Source: a virus
Reading direction: 5' to 3' (one strand)
Length of the DNA stretch: 64,000 nt
Virus record (IMG/VR): IMGVR_UViG_2718218420_000001
The notes beneath the pieces are model-generated. The model was not told the DNA's origin. It made no database searches and saw only the letters and a list, made by a program, of their open reading frames with translations. Below are positions 1-9,258 of this stretch, one piece after another (within the stretch, counting starts at the first letter, position 1; every line of letters starts with the position of its first letter). The translations under genes were made by a program, and so were the position numbers.

Positions 1-66
1 GTTGGCGTAGCTCCAACGAGTCTTAACGCCCGTGATAACTTTTGTGGGGGTTGCAAATTTTGCCAT
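1..66 (-). CDS. DUF2815-family phage ssDNA-binding protein, 5' part (runs off the window)
   Basis: Reverse strand reads MAKFATPTKVITGVKTRWSYAN after SD GGAGGA; directly follows DUF2800, the usual order. Confidence 0.7.
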   Translation of the reverse strand, partial: MAKFATPTKVITGVKTRWSYAN

Positions 67-79
67 GGTGGTTTCCTCC

Positions 80-1207
80 TCAATTTTCCTTGAAATCATC
101 TGCGGCGGTGTTCATGGCCGGACGCTTGTCGCTTTCGGGGACAAGCACCGGCTTTCCGGCCGGCTTATAGATCAGCCCGCCTAAAAGCTCCTCAAACTTC
201 TTTTTGCCAAGAGTTTGGCTCATGGCGGTGATACCGAGGAGCTTCTGTTCGTATGGATCAAAGCCTGCATTCTGCACGGTCTTTGCGACGGTATCCTCAT
301 CGGTGTACTTCCTGTTGGAGCGTCCCTCCACCACCTTGAAGCCGTCAAACTTGGTGCCGGAAAGAGCCTTTTGCAGGGCATAGTCCTTGACATCGCTCGC
401 CCAAGATGCCAAATCGTCGATCCTCGGCAGGATGGCGGCGATTTCGCTGTCATCCAAGGTGGCGGGCATCTCGAAGTCGTATTTGGCGAGTTCCAAGTTG
501 TATTCGGCACGTTTTCGGCAGTTCGTCTTGGCTTTGCAGAACTGGCAATGGTCTCCCGCCTTGAATTCACCTTTGCCTTCCTGCGCCAGTTTGGCAGCGG
601 GAGCGAGGGTGTCATTTGCCCATGTGAGCAATTCGTTTTTTTCCATTTTGTATAGGCTGATGTTCGCCCGGCGAGGCTGGTAGATGACGAGGGTGATGCG
701 CTCGATGTTGTAGATTCCGTCGAACAAGTCCACTGCGCCGAGGGCGTAGCAACAAAGCTGGCTGTTCTTCTCAGCTGACACAAGTACACCGAGACCGTGC
801 TTGTAGTCAATGACATACAGCATACCGTCGGCAACAATCACGCAGTCTCCCGTACCGAAACTTCCCTCGATGCCCACATAGCGGGAGTAGTCCAGTCGTT
901 GCTCCACGAGAACGAGCGGATCGTCACAGGATTCCTTGACCTTAGCTACACACTCCATGACGAAATCTCGGTAGCCATCGGAGCATTCATCCATCTCCTC
1001 GTCGTAGAAGGAGAGTTGCTTGGTGGGATTTCTTACCTTCCAGCCCAGAGCTTTTTCTACCTTGTAGGCGCAAAGTTCGTGGCAGTCGGTTCCGGCTTGC
1101 GCGTATTCACTGGGCTTGTCTGCATATTCCTCACAGAGCCTTGCCGATGGCGGGCAGGCAATCCAGCGTTGGCTCGCCGATGCCGAGAGCAGGGAATGTT
1201 TAGCCAT
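80..1207 (-). CDS. DUF2800 / Cas4-like PD-(D/E)XK exonuclease
   Basis: HSLLSASASQRWIACPPS, FGTGDCVI, IDYKHG, HCQFCKAKTNC. Start moved to MAKHS at 1207; the longer ORF overlaps the upstream gene. Confidence 0.85.
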   Translation of the reverse strand: MAKHSLLSASASQRWIACPPSARLCEEYADKPSEYAQAGTDCHELCAYKVEKALGWKVRNPTKQLSFYDEEMDECSDGYRDFVMECVAKVKESCDDPLVLVEQRLDYSRYVGIEGSFGTGDCVIVADGMLYVIDYKHGLGVLVSAEKNSQLCCYALGAVDLFDGIYNIERITLVIYQPRRANISLYKMEKNELLTWANDTLAPAAKLAQEGKGEFKAGDHCQFCKAKTNCRKRAEYNLELAKYDFEMPATLDDSEIAAILPRIDDLASWASDVKDYALQKALSGTKFDGFKVVEGRSNRKYTDEDTVAKTVQNAGFDPYEQKLLGITAMSQTLGKKKFEELLGGLIYKPAGKPVLVPESDKRPAMNTAADDFKEN

Positions 1208-1487
1208 CGACTTTCGCCTCCCTGATACTCTCAGCCTCCTTGAGAAGTGCTGCATAGTGGGATGCGTCGATTTCCGACAGGCGGTCGGCTCCGTATTTGG
1301 TGATGAGTGCCTTGACCTCTGCACTGAATCCCGCCTGCGCTGCAAGAATAAGTTTGTGCCGAACATCCTCAAGGGACGGCGGCTTTGGCTCTTCCACCTG
1401 CAGGCTTTTTGACAGTTCGTCGGCGATGTCCATGATGGATTTCGCCGAGAGCCGCAGGGTTTCAATCTTTGCTGCAAGGTTTTCCAT
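1200..1487 (-). CDS. Conserved phage protein upstream of DUF2800
   Basis: SLEDVRHKL...VKALITKYGADRLSEID motif; SD GGAGGG before the ATG at 1487. Confidence 0.7.
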   Translation of the reverse strand: MENLAAKIETLRLSAKSIMDIADELSKSLQVEEPKPPSLEDVRHKLILAAQAGFSAEVKALITKYGADRLSEIDASHYAALLKEAESIREAKVDG

Positions 1488-1587
1488 CCTCGCTCCCTCC
1501 TTCCGACACTTTGTTCGCGAGTCGCCTAGCAATGACGCTGATGGCGATCAGCACCTCTGCCAGTTCCTTGTCGCTTTGAGTTTCCAT
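1462..1587 (-). CDS. Small phage protein (41 aa, METQSDKELAEVLIAISVIARRLA...)
   Basis: Not in the ORF track. SD AGAGAGG upstream; overlaps the start of the next gene. Confidence 0.55.
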   Translation of the reverse strand: METQSDKELAEVLIAISVIARRLANKVSEGGSEDGKPCSKD

Positions 1588-1620
1588 GTTGATGTACCTC
1601 TCTTTCCGAGGGGCTTTCCC

Positions 1621-1837
1621 GCCCCTTCACTATTGAAAGGACAGAAACCTGAGTTTTCAGCGGATAAAATTTAAATATTTTTGCCGTTTCTGCCTCTCGC
1701 TATTGAAAGGACAGAAACGGCTGTTTTTAGCGAAAAAAATAGAGCCGTTTTTGGCTCTGGAGATTATAAGGAAAGAAAAAATTTTGCGGTTGTATCCGCT
1801 AAGAATCCGATCTTCTGTCCTTTCAATAGTGAAGGGC
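1621..1837. promoter_or_regulatory. Three copies (two minus, one plus) of the motif CGCT-N-TTCTGTCCTTTCAATAG(T/C)GA at a divergent promoter region
   Basis: About 1623-1667 and 1695-1735 (minus) and about 1793-1836 (plus) share TTCTGTCCTTTCAATAG exactly. Confidence 0.7.
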
Positions 1838-1872
1838 GATGCTGCCCGGTAGTTTGAAGGAGGAAAGCCTTT

Positions 1873-2076
1873 ATGTTCTATGTCAAGGAAAACATCAATG
1901 ACGCTCTGGAGGTCACGGTGGAAATCAACGATGAGAATGTCTTTTGCCATTGTCCGCGCTGCGGAGCAGAAGTGCCTGTCGACCTCAACGAGTTTTTCGG
2001 CGATGCGGAGTTCGACCTGTTCGGCACCGCGATCTGCTGCACGGAATGCAGCCGAAAGGTGCGGTGTGAGAAATGA
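1873..2076 (+). CDS. Small Zn-ribbon phage protein
   Basis: CPRC...CTEC; SD AGGAGG. Confidence 0.65.
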   Translation: MFYVKENINDALEVTVEINDENVFCHCPRCGAEVPVDLNEFFGDAEFDLFGTAICCTECSRKVRCEK

Positions 2077-2468
2077 TCGAGCGCAGAAACCACGAGGGCT
2101 ATGCCGACCCTACGGCATACGCCGCTCTGACTAAGGTAAGCAGGGAGGGCAGATTCGTCTACATCTGCTCACCCTATCGGGACAGCCCGCGGGTCAACGT
2201 CATGCGGGCGCGGCAGTACTGTAAGTTTGCTGTCAGCAGGGGGCGCATTCCGATTGCACCGCATCTGTACTTTCCGCAGTTCCTGTCCGAAACGAACGAG
2301 CGCGGGACGGCAATGTCCATGAACTTTGAGCTTTTGCGGCTGTGCGGCGAGGTCTGGGTGTTCGGCGAGCGAGTCACCGAGGGGATGGAAGCGGAGATCG
2401 CTCATGCCGAGCGGCTACAGAAGAATATCCGTTATTTCACAACGAAGTGTGAGGAGGTTTCGCCATGA
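2073..2468 (+). CDS. DUF4406-like (nucleoside deoxyribosyltransferase-fold) phage protein
   Basis: VYICSPY, PIAPHLYFPQFL, CGEVWVFG, GMEAEI. Confidence 0.75.
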   Translation: MIERRNHEGYADPTAYAALTKVSREGRFVYICSPYRDSPRVNVMRARQYCKFAVSRGRIPIAPHLYFPQFLSETNERGTAMSMNFELLRLCGEVWVFGERVTEGMEAEIAHAERLQKNIRYFTTKCEEVSP

Positions 2469-3043
2469 AGGTGATTGAGACAGAATACAAGGGCTATCTT
2501 TTCCGTTCACGACTGGAGGCGCGATGGGCAGTGTTCTTCGATGCCTGCGGTGTTCGATGGGAGTATGAGCCGGAGGGGTATGTGCTCAATAACGGGCAGC
2601 ACTATTTGCCTGACTTCCTGCTCCATGATGTAGACGGAAGAGTAGGCGGCGATCTCCATGTGGAGGTCAAGGGGAAGATGAGCAGAGCCGATGCCGCCAA
2701 AATCAACCAGTTCAGCGAAGGAAAGCACCCGCTCCTCGTTGTTCCCGGAATCCCCGACGGAGACGATATCGGAGATATTGAATGTTACTGCCAAGAGTGG
2801 GGCTATTACGGCTTCCCCAGCTTTGGCGGCGGGCCCTATCCCTTCAACTTTCAGACCATCGACGGAGATTACTTCGTTGCTCACCCCGGCATCAACAAAC
2901 AGGGCAAATTTGAGCTTTTTGGCGATGACAGCAACTATACGATGGACAGAGATGACGCTGCTACCGTACAAGCGTTCAAGCTGGCAAGGCAGGCAAGATT
3001 TGAATATGGACAGACACCGAGGGTGAGGAAGGTGCGTGTATGA
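2465..3043 (+). CDS. PD-(D/E)XK nuclease-like phage protein
   Basis: FRSRLEARWAVFFD...WEYEPEG...YLPDF...EVKG. Confidence 0.7.
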   Translation: MKVIETEYKGYLFRSRLEARWAVFFDACGVRWEYEPEGYVLNNGQHYLPDFLLHDVDGRVGGDLHVEVKGKMSRADAAKINQFSEGKHPLLVVPGIPDGDDIGDIECYCQEWGYYGFPSFGGGPYPFNFQTIDGDYFVAHPGINKQGKFELFGDDSNYTMDRDDAATVQAFKLARQARFEYGQTPRVRKVRV

Positions 3044-5337
3044 GGGAATTAGCATTTTGCCTTGGCAACAGCCGTGCGGCACTCGTTTGGCATCCTGGAA
3101 AAATGACGATGGAGGCTCTTTGGGAAAAACTGCAGAATCCCATCCGAACCGCCGAAACCGCTGCGGAATACCGCGCCATGAAGAAAAGCGAAAGGGATGC
3201 CGTGAAGGATAAGGGCGGATTCTTTGCGGGAACGCTGAAAGGGACCCGTCGGAAAGCAGACGAGGTCATCAGCCGTTCCATGATTACTTTGGATCATGAC
3301 CGGCTGAAGCCGGGCTGTTTCGATTCCTTCGCCTTTCAGCATTGTGCCATTGTCTACACAACCCACAGCCATATCCCAGAAGCTCCACGGGCGAGAATCC
3401 TTGTGCCTTTGACGCGGGATGTCACCCCGGACGAATACAATGCCATCGCCCGCTATCTTGCAGATGAGATTGGCATGGATACGGTTGATCTCTGTTCCTT
3501 TAAGATCAATCAGCTGATGTACTGGCCGACCTGTTCTTCTGATGGGGAGTACATCTGCCGCAAATATGAGGGCAACTGGCTCGATCCCGATGTGTTTTTG
3601 GCAGCGCATCCGAACTGGCAGGACTGCAGCTCCCTGCCGACTGCGCAGGGCGAAAAAGAAGCGGTGGAACGGGAGCGCAAAAGGCAAGCCGACCCTCTGA
3701 CCAAGGAAGGAATTGTAGGAGCGTTCTGCCGAGCGTACTCCGTCCAGGAAGCAATACAGACGTTCCTCTCCGATGTGTATGAGCCGACTGCCGACGAGAA
3801 TCGGTGGGGCTATACGAAGTCGGCGAGCATCCCCGGCGTGATGATCTATGACGGCAAATTCGCCTACAGTCACCATGCCTCCGATCCTGCCTACGGAAAA
3901 CTCCTCAATGCCTTTGATTTGGTTGGGACACATATCTTTGACGGTGATTTTACCCGGATGGCTGAATTTGCCGCCAAGGATGAAGATGTGCGTACCCTTG
4001 CACTCAAGGAGCGGCAGGAACGGGCTGTCGAGGACTTTGCCGAGGAGGAAGATTGGAAGGCAAAACTGGTGCGGCAGAAAAAGTCCACACAGCTTGAGAA
4101 CTCCCTCTACAACATCAAGCTCATCATGCAGAATGATCCCTATATGAAAAATATTGTCTTTAATCAGCTGGCAGACGGCATGGAGATCAAGGGCGAAGTG
4201 CCGTGGTCACATCCCGGTAAGTTCTGGCGCGATGCGGATGATGCCCAGCTCATCTGTTATGTGGACGATCACTACGGTACGTTTTCGGCACGGAACTATG
4301 ACATCGCCGTAGCGAAAGCCGTGGACGACCGCTCCTACCATCCGATACGGGAGTATTTTGCCGCGCTGCCTCCTTGGGACGGTGTGGCGCGCGTGGACAC
4401 GCTTCTTATCGACTACTTAGGCGCAACCGACAACGCATATACCCGTGCCGTCAGTCGGAAAGTGCTGTGCGCCGCCTATCGGCGGATCAAAGAGCCGGGC
4501 ATCAAGTTTGACTATATGCCCGTTCTGAACGGCGCACAGGGCATCGGAAAATCCACCTTCATTGCCAACCTTGGCATGGATTGGTTCTCCGACAGTCTGA
4601 CCTTATCGGATATGAACGACAAGACCGCCGCCGAAAAGTTGCAGGGGTACTGGATTCTTGAAATCGGCGAGCTTGCCGGAATGAAGAAAGCCGACCTTGA
4701 TAAGGTGAAAGCCTTTGTGTCGCGGGTAGATGACAAGTATCGTGCTAGTTTCGGCAGACGTGTGACATCCCATCCGCGTCAGTGTGTGTTCTTCGGCACG
4801 ACCAACAGCGAGAACGGGTATCTGCGGGACATCACAGGAAATCGCCGTTATTGGAACATCAAACTGAGCGGCAGCAGCAAATATAGGCCGTGGCAGATGA
4901 CCTCGGAGCTTGTGCAGCAAATCTGGGCAGAAGTGATGATTCTCGCCGATGCCGGAGAAAAGCTGTATCTGCCCCCGGAATTGGAGGAATACGCCAAAGA
5001 GGAGCAGCGGGAAGCGATGGAGCACGATGAGCGTGAAGGTTTGGTGCGTCTCTATCTCGATACGCTGCTTCCCGCCAACTGGGACGAGATGGATCTCTAT
5101 CAGCGGCGGGAGTTTCTGCGGGGCGATGATACGACTCCCGTGGGGACAGACGTGCGCGTGATTGTCAGCAACATGGAGATTTGGTGCGAGTGCTTCAGCA
5201 GGAAAAAAGAGGATTTGCGTTCCATGGACAGCTATGCGATAGCAGCCATCATGTCCAGACTTCCTGAATGGGAAAAGCAGCCAACACCCCAGCGCATCGC
5301 AATTTACGGACTGCAGAGGATCTATCGCCGCTTGTAA
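3040..5337 (+). CDS. VirE/VapE-family primase-helicase
   Basis: N-terminal primase-like LDHD/YTTHSH; Walker A GAQGIGKST; FFGTTN...LRDITGNRR. Confidence 0.9.
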   Translation: MRELAFCLGNSRAALVWHPGKMTMEALWEKLQNPIRTAETAAEYRAMKKSERDAVKDKGGFFAGTLKGTRRKADEVISRSMITLDHDRLKPGCFDSFAFQHCAIVYTTHSHIPEAPRARILVPLTRDVTPDEYNAIARYLADEIGMDTVDLCSFKINQLMYWPTCSSDGEYICRKYEGNWLDPDVFLAAHPNWQDCSSLPTAQGEKEAVERERKRQADPLTKEGIVGAFCRAYSVQEAIQTFLSDVYEPTADENRWGYTKSASIPGVMIYDGKFAYSHHASDPAYGKLLNAFDLVGTHIFDGDFTRMAEFAAKDEDVRTLALKERQERAVEDFAEEEDWKAKLVRQKKSTQLENSLYNIKLIMQNDPYMKNIVFNQLADGMEIKGEVPWSHPGKFWRDADDAQLICYVDDHYGTFSARNYDIAVAKAVDDRSYHPIREYFAALPPWDGVARVDTLLIDYLGATDNAYTRAVSRKVLCAAYRRIKEPGIKFDYMPVLNGAQGIGKSTFIANLGMDWFSDSLTLSDMNDKTAAEKLQGYWILEIGELAGMKKADLDKVKAFVSRVDDKYRASFGRRVTSHPRQCVFFGTTNSENGYLRDITGNRRYWNIKLSGSSKYRPWQMTSELVQQIWAEVMILADAGEKLYLPPELEEYAKEEQREAMEHDEREGLVRLYLDTLLPANWDEMDLYQRREFLRGDDTTPVGTDVRVIVSNMEIWCECFSRKKEDLRSMDSYAIAAIMSRLPEWEKQPTPQRIAIYGLQRIYRRL

Positions 5338-5520
5338 CTTGTACGGAAGTTGTAACTTGCAGCAAAGCCCGTACGGTAAGGCTTTGTTACAAGTTACAAG
5401 ATTTATATATGTAAATAGAAACATAATAATTCCGTACATGAAAAACGCGAATACGCGCATATATGCGTATATAGGGATTTTCTGTAGCCTTGTAACAAGA
5501 AACAACGCGAATCCTTTGAT
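5330..5520. other. Putative prophage 1 replication origin
   Basis: TTGTAACTTG at 5332 and 5350, its inverse CAAGTTACAA at 5390, and an AT-rich and CGCGCATATATGCG core directly after the primase gene. Confidence 0.5.
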
Positions 5521-5549
5521 ATGACTGGATTTAGAGGTGATACAACCTC

Positions 5550-5849
5550 ATGTTACAGGAGGAAAAGTTGTACGAACGGACGATTGAGCAGGAACTTGCA
5601 GCACGAGTCAAAGTGATGGGCGGCATCGCACCAAAGTTTACCTCGCCGGGATTCGATGGGATGCCTGACCGTTTGATTCTCCTGCCCAGTGGGAGAATCG
5701 GCTTTGTGGAACTAAAAGCACCGGGCAGGAAGCCGAGACCACTTCAGATGGCACGGCACAGACTGCTTCGACGGCTTGGATTCAAGGTGTTTGTGATTGA
5801 CGGCATCGAGCAGATTGACAGCGTATTGGAGGAAATCGACCATGAATGA
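5550..5849 (+). CDS. VRR-NUC domain nuclease
   Basis: KFTSPGFDGMPDRLIL...FVELKAPG...PRPLQ. Confidence 0.85.
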   Translation: MLQEEKLYERTIEQELAARVKVMGGIAPKFTSPGFDGMPDRLILLPSGRIGFVELKAPGRKPRPLQMARHRLLRRLGFKVFVIDGIEQIDSVLEEIDHE

Positions 5850-6081
5850 ACTTACGGTATTGGAACATAACAGCATCCGTGTCATGACCACGGAGCAGCT
5901 TGCCGAGGCGTATGGATGCGCTTCGAAGCAGATTCAGCAGAACTTCAGCAACAACCGTGCGCGGTTTATTGCGGGAAAGCATTTCTTTGTTCTGGAAGGG
6001 CAGGATTTACAGGCCTTCCGCTTGCAGGTCGAAAATATCGAACTGCAAATTTCCCCGAAAACACGTCATGAATATAGCTGA
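5842..6081 (+). pseudogene. ORF6N (KilA-N-like) antirepressor, apparently C-terminally truncated
   Basis: RVMTTEQLAEAYG...NFSNNRARFIAGKHFF; stops just after ISPKTRH, before the LWTERGAARH-type motif expected in this domain. Confidence 0.6.
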
Positions 6082-6099
6082 GATTGGAGGTGATTCCCT

Positions 6100-7443
6100 A
6101 TGAAGTTCATACCGCATGATTACCAGCAGTACGCCATCGACTTTATCGAGAGCCATAAAACTGCTGCCGTACTCCTCGATATGGGACTTGGAAAAACGGT
6201 GATTACTCTCACAGCCCTCAATGACTTGCTCTTTGACCATTTTGAGATTTCTCGCGTTCTCGTTATCGCGCCGCTTCGTGTGGCACGGAACACATGGCCG
6301 CAGGAGATCGAAAAGTGGGAACATTTGAAACACCTCCGCTATTCCGTTGCAGTCGGAGCGGAGAAAGAGCGGATTCAGGCACTTCGGCAGCAAGCCTCCC
6401 TCTACATCATCAATCGTGAGAACGTGTCGTGGCTCATCGAGAAAACAGACTTCGCCTACGATGCCATCGTGATTGACGAACTCTCGTCCTTCAAGAATTG
6501 GAGCAGCAAGCGATTCAAGGCACTCATGAAGGTTCGTCCCTTGGCAAAGAGAGTCATAGGCCTTACGGGAACGCCATCCGGCAACGGTCTGATGGATCTC
6601 TTTGCGGAGTTCAAGGTTCTGGACATGGGACAGCGTTTGGGGCGGTTCATTACGAAATATCGGCAAGATTACTTTGTGCCGGACAAACGAAACGGACAGG
6701 TGGTCTTCTCCTACGTTCCCTTGCCCGGAGCCGAGGAGCGGATTTATGAGAAGATCGCTGACATCACCATCTCCATGAAAGCGTCGGATCACCTCAATAT
6801 GCCGAAGCTGATCGAGAGCGAATACAGCGTCCGCATGGATGAGGCTGAGAAAAAGATGTACGACTCGATGTGTGAGCAGTTGGTTTTGCAGATGAAGGGC
6901 GACGAGGTGACGGCGGCAAACGCAGGTGTCCTGTCCGGGAAACTCGCGCAGATGGCAAACGGCGCAGTCTACACCGACGATGGAGCTACGCTGCATATAC
7001 ATGACCGCAAACTCGATGCCTTGGAAGACATCATCGAGAGTATGAACGGCAAGCCGCTCCTCGTTGCGTACTGGTTTCGGCATGACGCAGAACGAATCGA
7101 AAAGCGCGTACCGTGTGTCCGACTGGATACAGATGACGCAATCGCCCGATGGAATCGCGGAGAAATCCACGTTGCCCTCATCCATCCAGCGAGCGCAGGT
7201 CACGGTCTCAATCTTCAGAGCGGTGGATCGACCCTTGTCTGGTTCGGCATCACATGGAGTCTGGAACTCTATCAGCAGACCGTGGCACGGCTCTATCGGC
7301 AGGGACAGAGTGCAAACACTGTGGTGGTGCGGCACATCATTGTCGAGGGCACGATTGACGAGAGAATCCTCCGTGCCTTGAAACGGAAGGACAAGACACA
7401 GACGGCACTGATTGAAGCCGTCAAAGCGGAGGTAACATCATGA
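6100..7443 (+). CDS. SNF2-family phage helicase
   Basis: LDMGLGKT, VIDELS, GLTGTP, HGLNLQ, QTVARLYRQGQ. Confidence 0.9.
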   Translation: MKFIPHDYQQYAIDFIESHKTAAVLLDMGLGKTVITLTALNDLLFDHFEISRVLVIAPLRVARNTWPQEIEKWEHLKHLRYSVAVGAEKERIQALRQQASLYIINRENVSWLIEKTDFAYDAIVIDELSSFKNWSSKRFKALMKVRPLAKRVIGLTGTPSGNGLMDLFAEFKVLDMGQRLGRFITKYRQDYFVPDKRNGQVVFSYVPLPGAEERIYEKIADITISMKASDHLNMPKLIESEYSVRMDEAEKKMYDSMCEQLVLQMKGDEVTAANAGVLSGKLAQMANGAVYTDDGATLHIHDRKLDALEDIIESMNGKPLLVAYWFRHDAERIEKRVPCVRLDTDDAIARWNRGEIHVALIHPASAGHGLNLQSGGSTLVWFGITWSLELYQQTVARLYRQGQSANTVVVRHIIVEGTIDERILRALKRKDKTQTALIEAVKAEVTS

Positions 7444-7652
7444 ACTATGAGATTCTGGCAAACGCCATCGTCGAACAGGCGGCAAAGGATTATCGGTGGG
7501 CGCGGGCGGCTCTTGCCAAAGACGCAGAGAATGTTGCAGCGACAGCGATGCGCTCTGAGACAGAGCGGTTCTTTCGTTCCGCATGGTTCGGACAGTTGAC
7601 GCGCATAGATGGAGAATGGCTGCTTGAAAAGTTGGAGGGGGAATTTGCATGA
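7440..7652 (+). CDS. Conserved small phage protein
   Basis: LANAIVEQAAKDYR...ERFFRSAWF; ATGA coupling on both sides. Confidence 0.7.
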   Translation: MNYEILANAIVEQAAKDYRWARAALAKDAENVAATAMRSETERFFRSAWFGQLTRIDGEWLLEKLEGEFA

Positions 7653-8089
7653 CGGCAAAAGAGTATCTGAGTCAGGCATGGAACATTGACCGACGCATCA
7701 ATGATAAGGTCGCCCATGTGTCGCGGTTGCGTGACATGGCAACAAATGTGAGCACCGTCATCAGCGACATGCCAAAGAGTCCAAGTCCGAATAATCAGCG
7801 GATGGAGACCATCATTGCGCGGCTGACTGACACGGAAGATGAGATCAATGCAGACATCGACCGTCTGATCAATCTGAAACTCGAGATCATGAATACGATC
7901 TGGCAGATTGAGGACGAAAACGCTCAGATGGTACTAGAGCGTCGCTACCACAGCTTCAAATCGTGGGAAGATATTGCAGCGGATATGAGCGTCAGCATTC
8001 GGTGGGTACACAAGATTCATGCGAAGGCACTGGATGAAGTTGAAAAAATTTTAGAAAAAAGACAGCAGAGTTCATCCGAGTTCACATAA
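7649..8089 (+). CDS. DUF1492 / RinA-ArpU-like late-gene activator (prophage 1)
   Basis: MTAKEYLSQA...VLERRY...WEDIAADM...IHAKAL sigma-region-4-like HTH; lies directly before the packaging genes. Confidence 0.8.
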   Translation: MTAKEYLSQAWNIDRRINDKVAHVSRLRDMATNVSTVISDMPKSPSPNNQRMETIIARLTDTEDEINADIDRLINLKLEIMNTIWQIEDENAQMVLERRYHSFKSWEDIAADMSVSIRWVHKIHAKALDEVEKILEKRQQSSSEFT

Positions 8090-8136
8090 GTTCACAAAGG
8101 TTCACGTTGCGTTCATAGGGTTGACAGTGATATGAT
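8070..8136 (+). promoter_or_regulatory. Late promoter: five GTTCA repeats (10-bp period) plus extended -10 TGATATGAT
   Basis: GTTCA at 8070, 8080, 8090, 8100, 8111; TG-n-TATGAT at 8128-8136. Confidence 0.7.
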
Positions 8137-8164
8137 AGACTCAGCAAAAATAGGATATGGAATC

Positions 8165-8204
8165 AGCCTTCTCGGGGAAGCAATTCTCCGCGAGGGCTTT
8201 TTTG
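8165..8204 (+). terminator. Hairpin plus U-tract in the late leader (attenuator-like)
   Basis: AGCCTTCTCGGGGAA...TTCTCCGCGAGGGCT then TTTTTT; conserved at about 54268-54306. Confidence 0.5.
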
Positions 8205-8217
8205 ATGGAGAAACGCG

Positions 8218-8574
8218 ATGCCGAGAAAGCCGAAGCGTCCCTGTCGCATGATGGGATGTCCGAACCTTACAGACCGAAAAAGCTGCTACTGTGAGGAGCA
8301 CGAGAAAATGATGCAGCGGCACTATGACCACTTCACGCGCGGGTATGATCAGCACGCCAGATATGGCAGCGCATGGCGCAGGATTCGTGACAGACACTTG
8401 TCGGGGCATCCGCTCTGTGAGATGTGCAAAGAGCAGGGCAGATATGTCCTTGCGACGCTCGTCCATCATATCAAGCCGCTTTCTGAGGGTGGCACACATG
8501 ACGAAGGCAACTTGATGTCGCTCTGCGTATCGTGTCATGAGCGGATTCACCAACGTGGCAGTGGCGACCGCTAG
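8218..8574 (+). CDS. Terminase-associated HNH endonuclease
   Basis: HPLCEMC...VHHIKPLSEGGTHDEGNLMSLCVSCHERIH. Confidence 0.9.
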   Translation: MPRKPKRPCRMMGCPNLTDRKSCYCEEHEKMMQRHYDHFTRGYDQHARYGSAWRRIRDRHLSGHPLCEMCKEQGRYVLATLVHHIKPLSEGGTHDEGNLMSLCVSCHERIHQRGSGDR

Positions 8575-8680
8575 ACCCCTAGGGGGCGGTCAAATCTCTA
8601 AAACCGCGCCGTTACTGGACCGGGGAGGGGGCGCACGCACAAAAACGTCAGTTCAAACGGGGTATTAAAGGAAGGGGGCG
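8575..8680. other. Putative cos/packaging region
   Basis: GC-rich HNH-terS spacer (GGGGGCGGTCAAATCTCTA...GGGGAGGGGGCGC), nearly identical in prophage 2; the position is typical of HNH/P27 cos phages. Confidence 0.5.
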
Positions 8681-8685
8681 AGAAG

Positions 8686-9246
8686 ATGGCGCGTGACGGA
8701 ACAAATCGCGGAGGACGACGCATCCGGGCGGGAGACAAACCTGAAGCACTCGCAGACAAAATCGCAGGCGGGCGCATGGCGCACATCATGGAGTTCCCCA
8801 TGACAGAACTGGACGGCACAGACCTTGTGGATGCCGCCGATCTCTACGGCGAGGAGATGCCAACGCCGAGCGAGTTCCTGTCTGCACGGCAACGCAACGG
8901 CAAACCGCTCGGTGCGGATGAGATTTTCCGCGAAACGTGGTTGTGGCTAAAGGAGCGTGGCTGTGAGCGGCTTGTGAATCCTCGCCTCATTGAAAGCTAT
9001 GCGCAGGCATTCGCCCGCTTCATTCAGTGTGAGGAGGCAATGAGTCAATACGGGCTTATTGGCAAGCATCCAACCACAGGCGGGGCGATTGCAAGCCCTT
9101 TTGTTCAAATGGGACAGGCGTTTCAGAAGCAGTCCAATCTGCTCTGGTATGAGATGTTCGACATTGTAAAGCAGAACTGCACGACTACATTCGTCGGCTC
9201 GCCGCAGGAGGATCGAATGGAGCGGTTGCTGCGCTCGAGGAAGTAA
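8686..9246 (+). CDS. terS: P27-family terminase small subunit
   Basis: MARDGTNRGG...YAQAFARFIQCE...HPTTGGAIASPFV. Confidence 0.85.
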   Translation: MARDGTNRGGRRIRAGDKPEALADKIAGGRMAHIMEFPMTELDGTDLVDAADLYGEEMPTPSEFLSARQRNGKPLGADEIFRETWLWLKERGCERLVNPRLIESYAQAFARFIQCEEAMSQYGLIGKHPTTGGAIASPFVQMGQAFQKQSNLLWYEMFDIVKQNCTTTFVGSPQEDRMERLLRSRK

Positions 9247-9258
9247 GGGGGAAGTGAT

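Noticed and set aside
80..1207. Cas4-like nuclease as evidence of CRISPR-Cas
   Set aside because: DUF2800 beside DUF2815 is a standard phage replication/recombination gene; no array or other cas gene is seen.
6007..7335. Long antisense ORFs (also 22867-24006, 32143-33165, 47330-48403, 58168-59301, 42135-42965)
   Set aside because: Shadow frames of well-supported genes in GC-rich coding DNA; no motifs or SD.
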